Shown piece after piece: positions 20,347 to 29,958 of a stretch of DNA of 64,000 bases (positions within the stretch are counted from its first letter, which is position 1; the number at the start of each line of letters is the position of its first letter). Under the pieces are notes generated by a model that saw nothing but the letters and a program-made list of their open reading frames with translations, was not told the origin of the DNA and made no database searches. The stretch spans positions 1,871 through 65,870 of the forward strand of contig CAZBUK010000010.1 of assembly GCA_964495085.1 (NCBI GenBank), read 5' to 3'. A program made the position numbers and the translations under genes. This DNA comes from an uncultured Ignavibacteriales bacterium. Its GTDB lineage: Bacteria; Bacteroidota; Ignavibacteria; T3Sed10-11.

Positions 20347-21393
20347 ATGTCCGGTAATCGATCTATGGTTCATCGCGAGGATTTGACTGAACGGGATAAA
20401 GCCGTCCTACGGCGCGTAGTCCAGAGTTTCATCCTGACGGCAAGTCCCGTCGGTTCTCGATATCTGGCCAAACACAGCGGATTGAACCTCTCCCCCGCCA
20501 CGATCAGGAATCTGATGTCCGATCTTGAGGAACGAGGTTATTTGAATCATCCGCACACATCGGCGGGCAGGGTACCGACGGACAAAGGATATCGGGTTTA
20601 TGTAGATATGCTTATGGATATCGAGGATCTGACGAAGAAAGACCTCGAGGCGATCGAACGGAAACTGGAATACATCGGCGACCGCGAAGAACTTCTGATC
20701 CAGGCGACGGATATACTCGGGAGCATCTCGAGCCAACTCAGTATAATTACAAATCCGCACATATCGAGCGGTAAACTCGAACGTCTGGAACTGGTATCCC
20801 TCGGTCCGAACCGGATCATGGTCATTTTGTCGATAAAATCCGGAATAGTTAAAACTCTCGTTTTAGAGGTAAAAACATTAATAAAGCGTGAGAAACTGGA
20901 AGCGTTGACTCAGGTGTTGAACGAGCGCCTGCATGATCTTACACTTCGCGAGATCCGGGATACTTTCAGGGAACGCGTCAAAGACGTTCAGAACGAGGAA
21001 ACTGGACTTGTCAGATTATTTCTCGATTCGGTGAATGAGCTCTTCGATGATTCAAAGGAACGCGATAAATTCTTCATCGGCGGGACTCGCGATATTATCT
21101 CGCAGCCCGAATTCGACTCACCCGAGAATATACGCGGCGTTATCGAACTGCTTGACGATAAAGAGGTGATCATTCATGTGCTTGAAAAGTATGATGAAAA
21201 AGGAAATACTCTCAAAATCTCTATCGGCGATGAAAATAAAGAACAAAAATTAAAGAATTACAGCGTTATCTCGACCCGCTATTTGATAGGCGACATATTC
21301 GGGACCGTCAGCGTGATCGGTCCGAAACGGATGAACTATTCAAAGATCATTCCCCTCGTCGAATATATAGCAAAGTCGATATCGCGGACGTGA
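20347..21393 (+). CDS. hrcA: heat-inducible transcription repressor HrcA
   Basis: N-terminal winged-helix region ASPVGSRYLAK...SPATIRNLMSDLEERGYLNHPHTSAGRVPTDKGYRVYVD. 348 aa, followed by grpE. Confidence 0.9.
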   Translation: MSGNRSMVHREDLTERDKAVLRRVVQSFILTASPVGSRYLAKHSGLNLSPATIRNLMSDLEERGYLNHPHTSAGRVPTDKGYRVYVDMLMDIEDLTKKDLEAIERKLEYIGDREELLIQATDILGSISSQLSIITNPHISSGKLERLELVSLGPNRIMVILSIKSGIVKTLVLEVKTLIKREKLEALTQVLNERLHDLTLREIRDTFRERVKDVQNEETGLVRLFLDSVNELFDDSKERDKFFIGGTRDIISQPEFDSPENIRGVIELLDDKEVIIHVLEKYDEKGNTLKISIGDENKEQKLKNYSVISTRYLIGDIFGTVSVIGPKRMNYSKIIPLVEYIAKSISRT

Positions 21394-21444
21394 TATCGTT
21401 GTTCGTAAACAAGAAATAATGTAAGGAAGTGCTGAAAGCAAGAA

Positions 21445-22101
21445 ATGACCGAACATAAAGACCAAAATAAATCCACTGAACAGCAGCATGAACGACCCGA
21501 CTCCGAAATTCCCGAAACGGAGAGCACTGCAGGTGAACAATCCTCTCAGGATTCTACAGTATCGGAACAAAACGAATTATATTCTGTCATCGAGGCATTA
21601 AAAACCGAAAATGAACAATTGCGCGACAAACTGCTCCGTAAAGCCGCAGAGTTTGAGAATTATCGCAGGCGGGTGGAACAGGAGAGCCTCAATATCAGGC
21701 AATACGCGAACGAGGGGCTCATTGCCGATTTTCTTCCGATACTCGACGATTTCGACAGATCGTTGCGAATAAGCAAAGACAGACGTGAGTTCGGTGCATT
21801 TTACAAAGGGGTCGAACTCATCTATCAGAAATTCGTAAAACTCCTTGAATCGAAAGGACTGACACCGATCGATTCCCTGGGAAAGGTGTTCGACGTCGAT
21901 CTGCATGACGCTCTCATGCAGCTTCCGAACGACGAGGCCGAACCCAATTCGATCCTCGAGGAAGTGGAGCGCGGATATAAGTTATACGATCGGGTTATCA
22001 GGCATGCGAAGGTAATTGTCGCAACAAAAACGGATACGGATCACACCGATGAGACGCCCGGCTCCTCCTCAGACGGCGATCAGCAGGAGGAGCGCAGCTA
22101 A
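21445..22101 (+). CDS. grpE: nucleotide exchange factor GrpE
   Basis: Coiled-coil region with AEFENYRRR and a C-terminal beta domain ([14 protein letters not shown]). Confidence 0.9.
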   Translation: MTEHKDQNKSTEQQHERPDSEIPETESTAGEQSSQDSTVSEQNELYSVIEALKTENEQLRDKLLRKAAEFENYRRRVEQESLNIRQYANEGLIADFLPILDDFDRSLRISKDRREFGAFYKGVELIYQKFVKLLESKGLTPIDSLGKVFDVDLHDALMQLPNDEAEPNSILEEVERGYKLYDRVIRHAKVIVATKTDTDHTDETPGSSSDGDQQEERS

Positions 22102-23264
22102 TGTCAAAGCGGGACTATTACGAGGTACTGGGCGTTTCGCGAGACGCATCTCCCGAAGAAATAAAAAAAGCATACCGCAAACTGGCTTTGAAATTTCACC
22201 CGGACAAAAATCCTGGAGACAAAGAAGCTGAACAGAAATTCAAAGAATGTGCGGAAGCATATGAAGTCCTTCGCGATACCGACAAACGTGCGCGATATAA
22301 CAAGTTCGGTCACGAAGGGATGCGCTCGACGGATTTCCATGGATTCAGGGATGTCGAAGACATATTCAGCGCCTTCGGCGATATCTTCGGAGGCGGTTTC
22401 GGCGGAAGCATATTCGATGAGGTATTTTCCGGAGGCCGTTCGAGATCTCGATCAGGAAACGTCGGTACGTCCGGATCGGATCTGAAGATCAGACTTGCGC
22501 TCTCGCTCGAGGAAATCGCGGCAGGCGTCGATAAGAAAATCAAACTCAAAAAATATACCCGTTGCAACACTTGTACGGGAACCGGCGCGAGCGGAAGCGA
22601 CGGATACAGGACATGCTCCACATGTCATGGCAGCGGCGAGCTTCGCCAGGTCTCCCGATCCGTATTCGGGCAGTTCGTCAACATCGCGCCATGTGCAATG
22701 TGCGGGGGCTCGGGTAAGATTCTCTCCTCTCCATGCGGCACATGCAACGGCGAAGGGAGAACCCAAAGCGAGGAAACACTTAAGGTATCGATACCCGCCG
22801 GCGTTTCCGAGGGTCAGTATCTCACCCTCAGAGGAAATGGTAACGCAGGGCGGCGGGGCGGTCCTCCGGGAGATCTCATCGTCGTCATCGAGGAAACGCC
22901 GCATAAAAGGTTCAACCGGCGCGGTGACGATGTCGTTTACGATATGCTGATCAGTTTTCCACAGGCAGTTCTCGGGAGTGAGGTTGAGGTACCCACGCTC
23001 ACGGGAAAAGCGAGACTGAAAATAGAACCCGGGACCCAGTCCGGGAGAATCTTGCGCATGCGATCCAAAGGCATCAAACATTTGAACGGCAACGGCACCG
23101 GTGACCAGCTCGTTCGGATCAATGTCTGGATTCCGAAGAAACTCAACCAGCGCGAGCGGGAACTTATTGAAGAGATTAACTCATCGCCTAACATCAACCC
23201 GAAGGAATCGGACCAGTCGGAGAATAAATCGTTCTTCGAGAAAATCAAGGACGTATTCGGTTAA
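22101..23264 (+). CDS. dnaJ: molecular chaperone DnaJ
   Basis: J domain ([13 protein letters not shown]...[10 protein letters not shown]), a G/F region and four CxxCxGxG zinc-finger repeats. Confidence 0.95.
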   Translation: MSKRDYYEVLGVSRDASPEEIKKAYRKLALKFHPDKNPGDKEAEQKFKECAEAYEVLRDTDKRARYNKFGHEGMRSTDFHGFRDVEDIFSAFGDIFGGGFGGSIFDEVFSGGRSRSRSGNVGTSGSDLKIRLALSLEEIAAGVDKKIKLKKYTRCNTCTGTGASGSDGYRTCSTCHGSGELRQVSRSVFGQFVNIAPCAMCGGSGKILSSPCGTCNGEGRTQSEETLKVSIPAGVSEGQYLTLRGNGNAGRRGGPPGDLIVVIEETPHKRFNRRGDDVVYDMLISFPQAVLGSEVEVPTLTGKARLKIEPGTQSGRILRMRSKGIKHLNGNGTGDQLVRINVWIPKKLNQRERELIEEINSSPNINPKESDQSENKSFFEKIKDVFG

Positions 23265-23269
23265 CCCCG

Positions 23270-23716
23270 GTGAGTAAAATTAAGTATATTGTCCGTATGT
23301 TCTCCTTTACGGAGAACGAGAAGCGCGTCTTGATCGTGCTTGCTCTCGGACTCATCGTCGGTCTGGCGATCGCCGGTTACAAAGGATCCCGATCCGACAT
23401 GCAGATACGGGATTTTTCGAGTCTGTACGCCGAGCGGGACAGCATCTTCGAGGCACGGGCCGGAATGATCCCCGACGGGGAATCCGTCAATCAGTCCCCG
23501 CCCCCCCTCGTGTTGCTTGCCCCGGGAAGTATAAACGTCAATACCGCATCCAAGGAGGAGCTCACGCTTCTGCCCGGTATCGGCGAAGCGTATGCCGAGC
23601 GGATTATACTCTTCCGCGAGGATTACGGAAAATTTACAAACGCCGAAGACCTGCTCAAGGTACGCGGAATCGGCGTCAAGAGATTGGAACAAATCAAACA
23701 GTATATAACCTTCTAG
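23270..23716 (+). CDS. ComEA-like helix-hairpin-helix DNA-binding protein
   Basis: GTG start, an N-terminal TM segment and a C-terminal HhH pair: INVNTASKEELTLLPGIGEAYAERI...LLKVRGIGVKRLEQI. Confidence 0.7.
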   Translation: MSKIKYIVRMFSFTENEKRVLIVLALGLIVGLAIAGYKGSRSDMQIRDFSSLYAERDSIFEARAGMIPDGESVNQSPPPLVLLAPGSINVNTASKEELTLLPGIGEAYAERIILFREDYGKFTNAEDLLKVRGIGVKRLEQIKQYITF

Positions 23717-23746
23717 ACAACAACGCACTCATTTCCGGAGGATCGA

Positions 23747-24211
23747 ATGTCACTGAAACAGAAACCTAAGGGATCGATCATTCTCAAGCTGGTCATAGTT
23801 CTCCTTCTTGCGCTGCTCGTGTACACTATCTGGGAGCCGTTCAACACGGTAAAACAGGATGAAATCAATCAGCGCGAATCCCGCGCACGGATGAGTAATA
23901 TCCGAAACGCACAGATCTTCTACTTCAGACAACATCAGACATATCTCAGGGATCTCGACACTCTGATCTATTGGCTCAGAACGGATAGTCTCGCCGTTCT
24001 AAAATCGGACAGTCTCTTCAGACCGCTCGTAAAATCAGCATTCTCTCCGGAGCTGCTCAAATATTCCCCGCGATCGCAGACTGAATACAAAGTGCTCGTC
24101 GACGATTCATCGACCACGCAACGATACCTCATCGAATGCCCCGACGGTTACGGCTCCATCGGATCGCTCACCGACATCTCACTCCTTCACCGGGCGACTT
24201 GGGAGTACTAG
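23747..24211 (+). CDS. hypothetical protein with an N-terminal TM anchor
   Basis: 154-aa ORF with the hydrophobic segment IILKLVIVLLLALLVYTIW. I recognise no other motif. Confidence 0.4.
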   Translation: MSLKQKPKGSIILKLVIVLLLALLVYTIWEPFNTVKQDEINQRESRARMSNIRNAQIFYFRQHQTYLRDLDTLIYWLRTDSLAVLKSDSLFRPLVKSAFSPELLKYSPRSQTEYKVLVDDSSTTQRYLIECPDGYGSIGSLTDISLLHRATWEY

Positions 24212-24240
24212 ACGAACACTTTGACCTTCATTCAGGAATA

Positions 24241-25170
24241 ATGGCAGAACGAAGACTAGGACTTCATATACAGCCGGATACCATTCGGGCGGTTGAGATC
24301 GAACAGAATAATCGATCAGTGACGCTCTGCGGTTTTGCAGAGGCCCGCATCGATGCTCCTCTGCCGCGATGGCTTGACACGCTTGGCGAAGAGGACCGGT
24401 CGGAATATCTGCAGGCATTTTCCGACTCCCTCAAATCGATGTTGAAGAACGCGAATATGAAGAGCAGATCCGTTTCGCTCGCGATCGATATCAGGCACGC
24501 ATTCATACTGACGATGCCTTTCGACGGCGACTTCTCGGAGGAGAACCTCCGTGGACTTATCCGGTGGGAGCTCACAAATTATTTCCCGGGATTGGATGGT
24601 GCCTCATTTCTCTACGATACCTACAATCCGGGATATAATCCATCGAGAGATGTTTCTCCGGAAATTATATTCACGGCAGTCCTGAAACCATACATACACA
24701 TGCTGCAGGAGGGAATTAAAGCGGCGAACCTGCAGATCAGATCGATTAACGTGGATCAATTCACCATCGAGAACGTTTTAAGACTGGATGCCGGCAACCT
24801 AAGCAGAGAGCGGTTGTTTGCCGTTTGCTTCCTGAGCGATGAGACCCTCTACTGCAGTCTATTATGGAACAACCGTCTCATACGATACCGGGAATACGCC
24901 ATTCCGAACCCAACCGTTATTCCGAGAATTTTAAATCTGTTCATAACATCCGCCTCCCTATCCACTAAGAATACCGAACGAAGAATATACGTATACCCGT
25001 ACGAAACCGACGTACCGCGTTTTTCACAGATCGCACCGCAATGGAAAATGGAACGTTTTAGTCCTTTCTCGCAGCTGAAGAAAAAATGGAGGGTGAAGCG
25101 CATGCTCGACCGCCAACCGGTCGCGGAAGACGCTTTCACGCCCGCGGTCGGAGCGGCGATCGGCCGGTAA
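24241..25170 (+). CDS. PilM-like (actin-fold) pilus assembly protein, orphan
   Basis: The track ORF was trimmed to the ATG at 24241. The start LGLHIQPDTIRAVEIE... and overall length resemble PilM/FtsA-like ATPase-fold proteins. No pilN/O/P/Q genes follow. Confidence 0.45.
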   Translation: MAERRLGLHIQPDTIRAVEIEQNNRSVTLCGFAEARIDAPLPRWLDTLGEEDRSEYLQAFSDSLKSMLKNANMKSRSVSLAIDIRHAFILTMPFDGDFSEENLRGLIRWELTNYFPGLDGASFLYDTYNPGYNPSRDVSPEIIFTAVLKPYIHMLQEGIKAANLQIRSINVDQFTIENVLRLDAGNLSRERLFAVCFLSDETLYCSLLWNNRLIRYREYAIPNPTVIPRILNLFITSASLSTKNTERRIYVYPYETDVPRFSQIAPQWKMERFSPFSQLKKKWRVKRMLDRQPVAEDAFTPAVGAAIGR

Positions 25171-25181
25171 TACGATAACAT

Positions 25182-25778
25182 ATGCGCATCACGGGAGGAA
25201 CCTTTCGAGGCAGAAATATATGTACGCCGAGCGGCAATGAGATTCGACCGGCAACGGACAGGGTCCGGGAGACGATATTTAATATCCTGCAGAATTATAT
25301 CGATCTTGCCGACCAGACCGTTGCCGATCTCTACGCAGGGACGGGCAGCCTTGGATTCGAATGTCTCAGCCGCGGTTCTGCTTTTGCAGCGTTCGTCGAC
25401 CATTCGGAATCGTCCATGCGATTGATACGAAAAACAGCCCAAACGCTCGGATGCACCGGCCGGTGCTCTTTCATTCGGGCCGACGCCCGATCGTACCTCT
25501 CCAATCCCCGCATCTCCGCGGGATTGATTTTTGCGGATCCTCCCTATGCATTACCCGATCCAGAGTCGCTGCCTCGGCTGATAGCGGATTCGACAGCTCT
25601 TCGGGAGGACGGAATCTTTCTGATCGAGCATGATAAACGGACATCGTATCCCGAGAGCGGCTCGTATACATGTTTTCGTCGACGACAGTTCGGAGATACG
25701 GTTGTCTCATTCTTCAGCCGGACGCAGACCGGCGGGTCGGTCGAAGCGAACGGGTCACCCTTGTATGGAAAAAACTAG
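25182..25778 (+). CDS. rsmD: 16S rRNA (guanine966-N2)-methyltransferase RsmD
   Basis: MRITGGTFRGR, RPATDRVRETIFNIL, DLYAGTGSLGFECLSRG and FADPPY motifs. Confidence 0.85.
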   Translation: MRITGGTFRGRNICTPSGNEIRPATDRVRETIFNILQNYIDLADQTVADLYAGTGSLGFECLSRGSAFAAFVDHSESSMRLIRKTAQTLGCTGRCSFIRADARSYLSNPRISAGLIFADPPYALPDPESLPRLIADSTALREDGIFLIEHDKRTSYPESGSYTCFRRRQFGDTVVSFFSRTQTGGSVEANGSPLYGKN

Positions 25779-25786
25779 ATAAATAT

Positions 25787-26278
25787 ATGAAACGTGTAAT
25801 TTATCCCGGCACATTCGATCCGTTTACAAACGGGCATCTGGATATCCTCCAGCGAGCAGCGATCCTGTTTGACGAGGTTATCGTCAGCGTCGCCACAAAC
25901 AGCCAAAAGTCGCCCCTGTTCACCGAGCGGGAGAGAATCGACATGATACAGGAATCGGTCGCTCACCTCTCCAATGTTGCAGTGGATTCATTCCGGGGGT
26001 TGCTTGTTCAATACGCCAAAGAGAAGAAAGCAGTGGCGGTTATCCGCGGTTTGCGCGCTGTCTCGGATTTCGAATATGAATTCCAGATGGCATTGATGAA
26101 CCGGAAACTGGCTGAAGAATTGACGACGGTTTTCTTAATGCCCGACGAGAAGTATACGTACCTCAGTTCCACGATCGTCAGGGAAATCGGGATGCTTGGC
26201 GGAGACATCGCCTCGTTCGTTCCGACAAACATCGAACGCCTCATAGTGAAAAAGTACAAACGAAAGAAAGGAACGTAA
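25787..26278 (+). CDS. coaD: pantetheine-phosphate adenylyltransferase
   Basis: The track ORF was trimmed to the ATG at 25787. YPGTFDPFTNGHLDI (the T/HxGH motif) and the SSTIVREI segment are present. Confidence 0.9.
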   Translation: MKRVIYPGTFDPFTNGHLDILQRAAILFDEVIVSVATNSQKSPLFTERERIDMIQESVAHLSNVAVDSFRGLLVQYAKEKKAVAVIRGLRAVSDFEYEFQMALMNRKLAEELTTVFLMPDEKYTYLSSTIVREIGMLGGDIASFVPTNIERLIVKKYKRKKGT

Positions 26279-26283
26279 CGAAG

Positions 26284-27486
26284 ATGGAGAGACGTCCGTT
26301 GTCCCGAAAATTGCTTTCTTTGACCGAATCTCAAACGCTTGCGCTCTCTGCGCGAGCGGCCAAGATGAAGCGCGAAGGTATCGATGTCGTCAGTCTGACT
26401 GCGGGTGAACCGGATTTTCCTACACCCGAGCATATCAAGACGGCCGCAAAAGAATCTATCGACAACAACTTTACCAAATACACCGCCAACAAAGGCACTT
26501 CCGAACTTCGTGAAGCGATATCGGAGAAATTTAAAACTGAAAACACCCTCCACTGGTCATCCTCGGAAATACTCGTATCCTCGGGAGCGAAACATTCGGT
26601 GTTCAATGCGCTTCAGGCGATCTGTAATCCGGGCGACGAGGTAATAATACCTTCGCCGTATTGGGTTAGTTATCCCGAGATGGTAAAAATCGTAGATGCC
26701 GAATCCGTATTCATCGAGACGACGGATGCGAACGGATTCAAACTTACTCCCGGGCAGCTCGAAGAGGCGATAACCGATAAAACAAAAGTCTTGATTCTGA
26801 ACTCACCGGGTAATCCGACCGGCACGGTATACGAATACGATGAACTGGAACAGCTCAGCCGGGTCATCGAAAAACACGGCATCTATGTTATCAGCGATGA
26901 GATCTACGAGCATCTCGTGTTCGACGGGAAAAAGCATCATAGTATAGGCGCTTTTAATTCTATCAGATCGCTTACCATCACCGTTAACGGAGTATCGAAA
27001 GCCTTTTCGATGACCGGGTGGAGAGTCGGTTACCTGGGAGCGGAAAAGGAGATAGTTTCTCTGGCTTCAAAGTTGCAGGGACAGGTTACTTCAAATGCTA
27101 ATTCAATAGCCCAGAAAGCGGCTTATGCAGCGTTGACGTCTCCGTTGGATGAGGTCCATAAAATGCGGGATGAATTTGAGAAAAGACGTAATTATTTCAT
27201 CGGCGCTCTTAATGAGATCCCGGAAGTTATATGTGAGGCGCCACCGGGTGCATTTTATGCTTTTGCGAGGATAGACGGTTACTTCGGACGGCGCTGCGGC
27301 ACCCGATCAATCCGGAATGATGTGGATTTATCCGAGTATCTGCTTGTCGACGGCAGAGTGGCTACAGTACCAGGAAGCGCGTTCGGTTCCGGAAACTACC
27401 TTCGCCTGTCATTCGCTTCTTCAGTGAATTCATTGACGAAAGGCATTCAACGTATGGGTGAAGCGCTTTCATACCTCACCCCTTGA
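26284..27486 (+). CDS. class I pyridoxal-phosphate-dependent aminotransferase (aspartate aminotransferase-like)
   Basis: 400 aa with the SPYWVSYPE, NSPGNPTG and GVSKAFSMTGWRVGY (PLP lysine) motifs. Confidence 0.85.
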   Translation: MERRPLSRKLLSLTESQTLALSARAAKMKREGIDVVSLTAGEPDFPTPEHIKTAAKESIDNNFTKYTANKGTSELREAISEKFKTENTLHWSSSEILVSSGAKHSVFNALQAICNPGDEVIIPSPYWVSYPEMVKIVDAESVFIETTDANGFKLTPGQLEEAITDKTKVLILNSPGNPTGTVYEYDELEQLSRVIEKHGIYVISDEIYEHLVFDGKKHHSIGAFNSIRSLTITVNGVSKAFSMTGWRVGYLGAEKEIVSLASKLQGQVTSNANSIAQKAAYAALTSPLDEVHKMRDEFEKRRNYFIGALNEIPEVICEAPPGAFYAFARIDGYFGRRCGTRSIRNDVDLSEYLLVDGRVATVPGSAFGSGNYLRLSFASSVNSLTKGIQRMGEALSYLTP

Positions 27487-27510
27487 CTTTTCGGACTTTC
27501 CGGTATATAT

Positions 27511-27541
27511 TGTTGGCACTCTTTGCTTAAGAGTGCCAACA
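27511..27541 (+). promoter_or_regulatory. CIRCE-like perfect inverted repeat (candidate HrcA operator, or a terminator hairpin)
   Basis: The sequence is TGTTGGCACTC-tttgcttaa-GAGTGCCAACA, with 11-bp perfect arms and a 9-nt spacer. The core TTGGCACTC-N9-GAGTGCCAA differs from the CIRCE consensus TTAGCACTC-N9-GAGTGCTAA only by one symmetric A-to-G / T-to-C change per arm. It lies 25 nt after the aminotransferase stop and 20 nt before the ATG at 27562. No T-tract follows it. Confidence 0.45.
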
Positions 27542-27561
27542 AATTATAAGAGGAAATAAAT

Positions 27562-27891
27562 ATGCCGACATATGATTACCTTTGCGGTGATTGCGGCCAT
27601 CGTTTCGATGAATTTCAGGGCATCAAAGAAGAACCCCTTAAAAAGTGCCCTAAATGCGGAAAACCATCTCTTCGCCGCCAGTTCGGCACAGGAGCCGGAT
27701 TGATTTTTAAAGGAAGCGGATTTTATATAACCGATTATAAGAAGAACGGAAACGAGTCGTTAAAATCCGATAAGCAGAATAAAGATAATAAAGAGAATAG
27801 AGAGAATAAGGAGAATAAAGAAAATAAAGAAAATACAGAGAGCACAAAATCGGCCGAACCGGCGAAAGGAGAAAAACAATCCGGAACTTAA
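27562..27891 (+). CDS. FmdB-family zinc-ribbon protein with a repetitive Asn/Lys/Glu tail
   Basis: MPTYDYLCGDCGHRFDEFQ...KCPKCG (CxxC...CxxC zinc ribbon), followed by a Lys/Asn/Glu-rich tail. Confidence 0.75.
   Translation: MPTYDYLCGDCGHRFDEFQGIKEEPLKKCPKCGKPSLRRQFGTGAGLIFKGSGFYITDYKKNGNESLKSDKQNKDNKENRENKENKENKENTESTKSAEPAKGEKQSGT
27778..27840 (+). repeat. in-frame 9-bp x 7 imperfect tandem repeat inside the zinc-ribbon gene
   Basis: The unit AAT-ARR-GAN is repeated seven times and encodes NKD NKE NRE NKE NKE NKE NTE. Confidence 0.85.
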
Positions 27892-28763
27892 TGTGTATTT
27901 GACGAATTCCCCCCCTGAATCCGCCGGATTTCCTCCCTTCTCCTCTTCGCCTCGGAAAACACCTCGTCAAATTCTTCAATCTTTTCTTCTCGAAGTAATT
28001 GCCTGAATGTTTCGAGCTCGCCGATCAACCTGTCCAATAGTTCGATTAGATTCCTCCTGTTCAGCGATAAAATATCTCTCCAGACTGAAAATGGACTTTC
28101 ACCGATTCTTGTCAGATCGGAAAAACCGCCCCCCGCAACTTGCAATGCATTTTTTACTGTGTCTGCGGGACTTTTACTCAGCAGACTCAAGATCGAAAGA
28201 GCCATAAGCTGAGGCAGATGACTCACAAGAGAAACCGCTTCATCGTGCAGTTGGGGGTCCAGTATTACCATACGAGCTCCGATGCTATCGATCAGCTCCT
28301 TTAGGATATCGGGAATTTTTCCGGTGGTCGGATTACACAGAATATAAGGAGCACCGACGAACAGATCAGCCGTTGCATACTCAAAACCGCCTTTTTCACT
28401 TCCGGCCATCGGGTGACCACCCGTAAATGATACATTTCCCGGCAACGATAAAGCATGTTCACATACCCGCTCCTTTACACTTCCGGTATCGGTGACGATT
28501 ATCGTCTTATTCACGGTATGAAGATCATCGATATGCCCTATTATACTTGATATTGGGGATGATAAAATAATGATATCAGATGATTTAACTAAATTAAATA
28601 AAGTGTATTCCGCTGAATCAATCACGCCTGAGGCAAGCGCTTTATCTGTTATATCCCTGCTGATATCGTATCCCGAAACGAGTAAATCTTGACGGAATTT
28701 TTTAAATGCAAGTGAGAGAGAGGCTCCTATGAGACCTATACCTGCAATACCGACTTTTATCAT
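27888..28763 (-). CDS. tyrA: prephenate dehydrogenase
   Basis: N-terminal Rossmann motif IAGIGLIGASL and the HPMAGSE motif. 291 aa, adjacent to DAHP synthase. Confidence 0.8.
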   Translation of the reverse strand: MIKVGIAGIGLIGASLSLAFKKFRQDLLVSGYDISRDITDKALASGVIDSAEYTLFNLVKSSDIIILSSPISSIIGHIDDLHTVNKTIIVTDTGSVKERVCEHALSLPGNVSFTGGHPMAGSEKGGFEYATADLFVGAPYILCNPTTGKIPDILKELIDSIGARMVILDPQLHDEAVSLVSHLPQLMALSILSLLSKSPADTVKNALQVAGGGFSDLTRIGESPFSVWRDILSLNRRNLIELLDRLIGELETFRQLLREEKIEEFDEVFSEAKRRREEIRRIQGGNSSNTH

Positions 28764-28785
28764 ATTCTGTCAGTTGAGGAGTATT

Positions 28786-29862
28786 TTAGTTCGCTGAGGG
28801 TGTATCGGTTTCCAACCCAGATACCTTCATTTTTCTCGTTGAAAGGATCATGTTGCGGCCGATCGCCTTACTGATAATTTGTATCTCATTCATAAGCTGC
28901 CGGAACTGGTCGGGGTACAATGACTGCCCCCCGTCGGATAATGCCCGATCCGGATCCGGGTGAACCTCGATCATTATTGCATCGGCTCCTGCCGCTACCG
29001 AGGCTCGCGCCATGGGAATCACCTTATCCCGTATTCCCACCCCATGCGACGGATCCGCCACGATCGGAAGATGGCTTTTTTTATGGACCACCGGAATTGC
29101 GCTGATATCCATCGTATTTCTCGTCGATCTTTCGAATGTCCGGATTCCCCTTTCGCAGAGTATAACGTTCATATTTCCTCCGGAGAGGATGTATTCTGCC
29201 GACATCAGTAATTCATCGATCGTGGCTGAAAGTCCGCGTTTCAGGAGAATCGGTAGCCTTATTTTTCCGAGCTCCTTGAGTAGAGTATAATTTTGCATAT
29301 TACGGGCGCCGATCTGGAGAATATCGCTGTATCTGCTGACGAGTTCGATCTGTGACATATCCATAACTTCGGTGACCATCTTCATGCCGTATGCATCCGC
29401 CGCTTCCCGCATGTACCGGAGCCCCTCTTCCCCGAGTCCCTGAAACGAATATGGAGACGTCCGTGGCTTAAATGCGCCTCCTCGCAGAATTACGGCGCCC
29501 GCCGCAGAAAGTATTTCCGCGGTTTTGAATATCTGCTCCTCGGTTTCCACTGAACATGGACCTGCGATCACGACAACGTCGTTTCCGCCGATAACGACAC
29601 CATCCCCGATGTCGATAAGCGTGTCTTCACGTTTAAATGAGCGGCTCGCCAGCTTAAATTGTTCGGTTATACGGTATACCTCGGCGACCCCCGGCAGGAC
29701 CCGGATTGTATTCACGTCGAAATCCGGTTGTACTCCGATCGCACCCAGGACCGTTTGGTTTACTCCCGTCGACCGATGCACGTCGAAACCGAACTTATTC
29801 AGCGCTTCGATAATGTGCTCGATCTCCTGTTTGGTTGCATTTTTTTCAATAACGACAACCAT
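28786..29862 (-). CDS. 3-deoxy-7-phosphoheptulonate (DAHP) synthase, type I-beta, with an N-terminal regulatory domain
   Basis: GPCSVE, KPRTSPYSFQGLGEEGL and DPSHG motifs. The ~70-aa N-terminal ferredoxin-like extension resembles that of Thermotoga-type enzymes. Confidence 0.85.
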   Translation of the reverse strand: MVVVIEKNATKQEIEHIIEALNKFGFDVHRSTGVNQTVLGAIGVQPDFDVNTIRVLPGVAEVYRITEQFKLASRSFKREDTLIDIGDGVVIGGNDVVVIAGPCSVETEEQIFKTAEILSAAGAVILRGGAFKPRTSPYSFQGLGEEGLRYMREAADAYGMKMVTEVMDMSQIELVSRYSDILQIGARNMQNYTLLKELGKIRLPILLKRGLSATIDELLMSAEYILSGGNMNVILCERGIRTFERSTRNTMDISAIPVVHKKSHLPIVADPSHGVGIRDKVIPMARASVAAGADAIMIEVHPDPDRALSDGGQSLYPDQFRQLMNEIQIISKAIGRNMILSTRKMKVSGLETDTPSAN

Positions 29863-29958
29863 AGCTCTACTCCTTACGGTTCATCAGTATTATTTCTGAA
29901 ATTTTTCCGAGACGACGGTACAACGTGCATTGGCTGCAATCGATCGCAACTCAGTCTG

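Noticed and set aside
27514-27527. TGGCAC...TTGC within the 27.5-kb inverted repeat resembles a sigma54 -24/-12 promoter (TGGCAC-N5-TTGC).
   Set aside because: The GG to GC spacing here is two nucleotides shorter than the canonical sigma54 spacing, which is normally invariant. No rpoN or enhancer-binding protein context is visible. The CIRCE-type reading explains the full 11-bp symmetric arms.
27778-27840. Regularly repeated 9-bp units that could superficially suggest a repeat array.
   Set aside because: The units are contiguous with no spacers, are in frame within a clear CDS and encode an NKE peptide repeat. This is not CRISPR-like.
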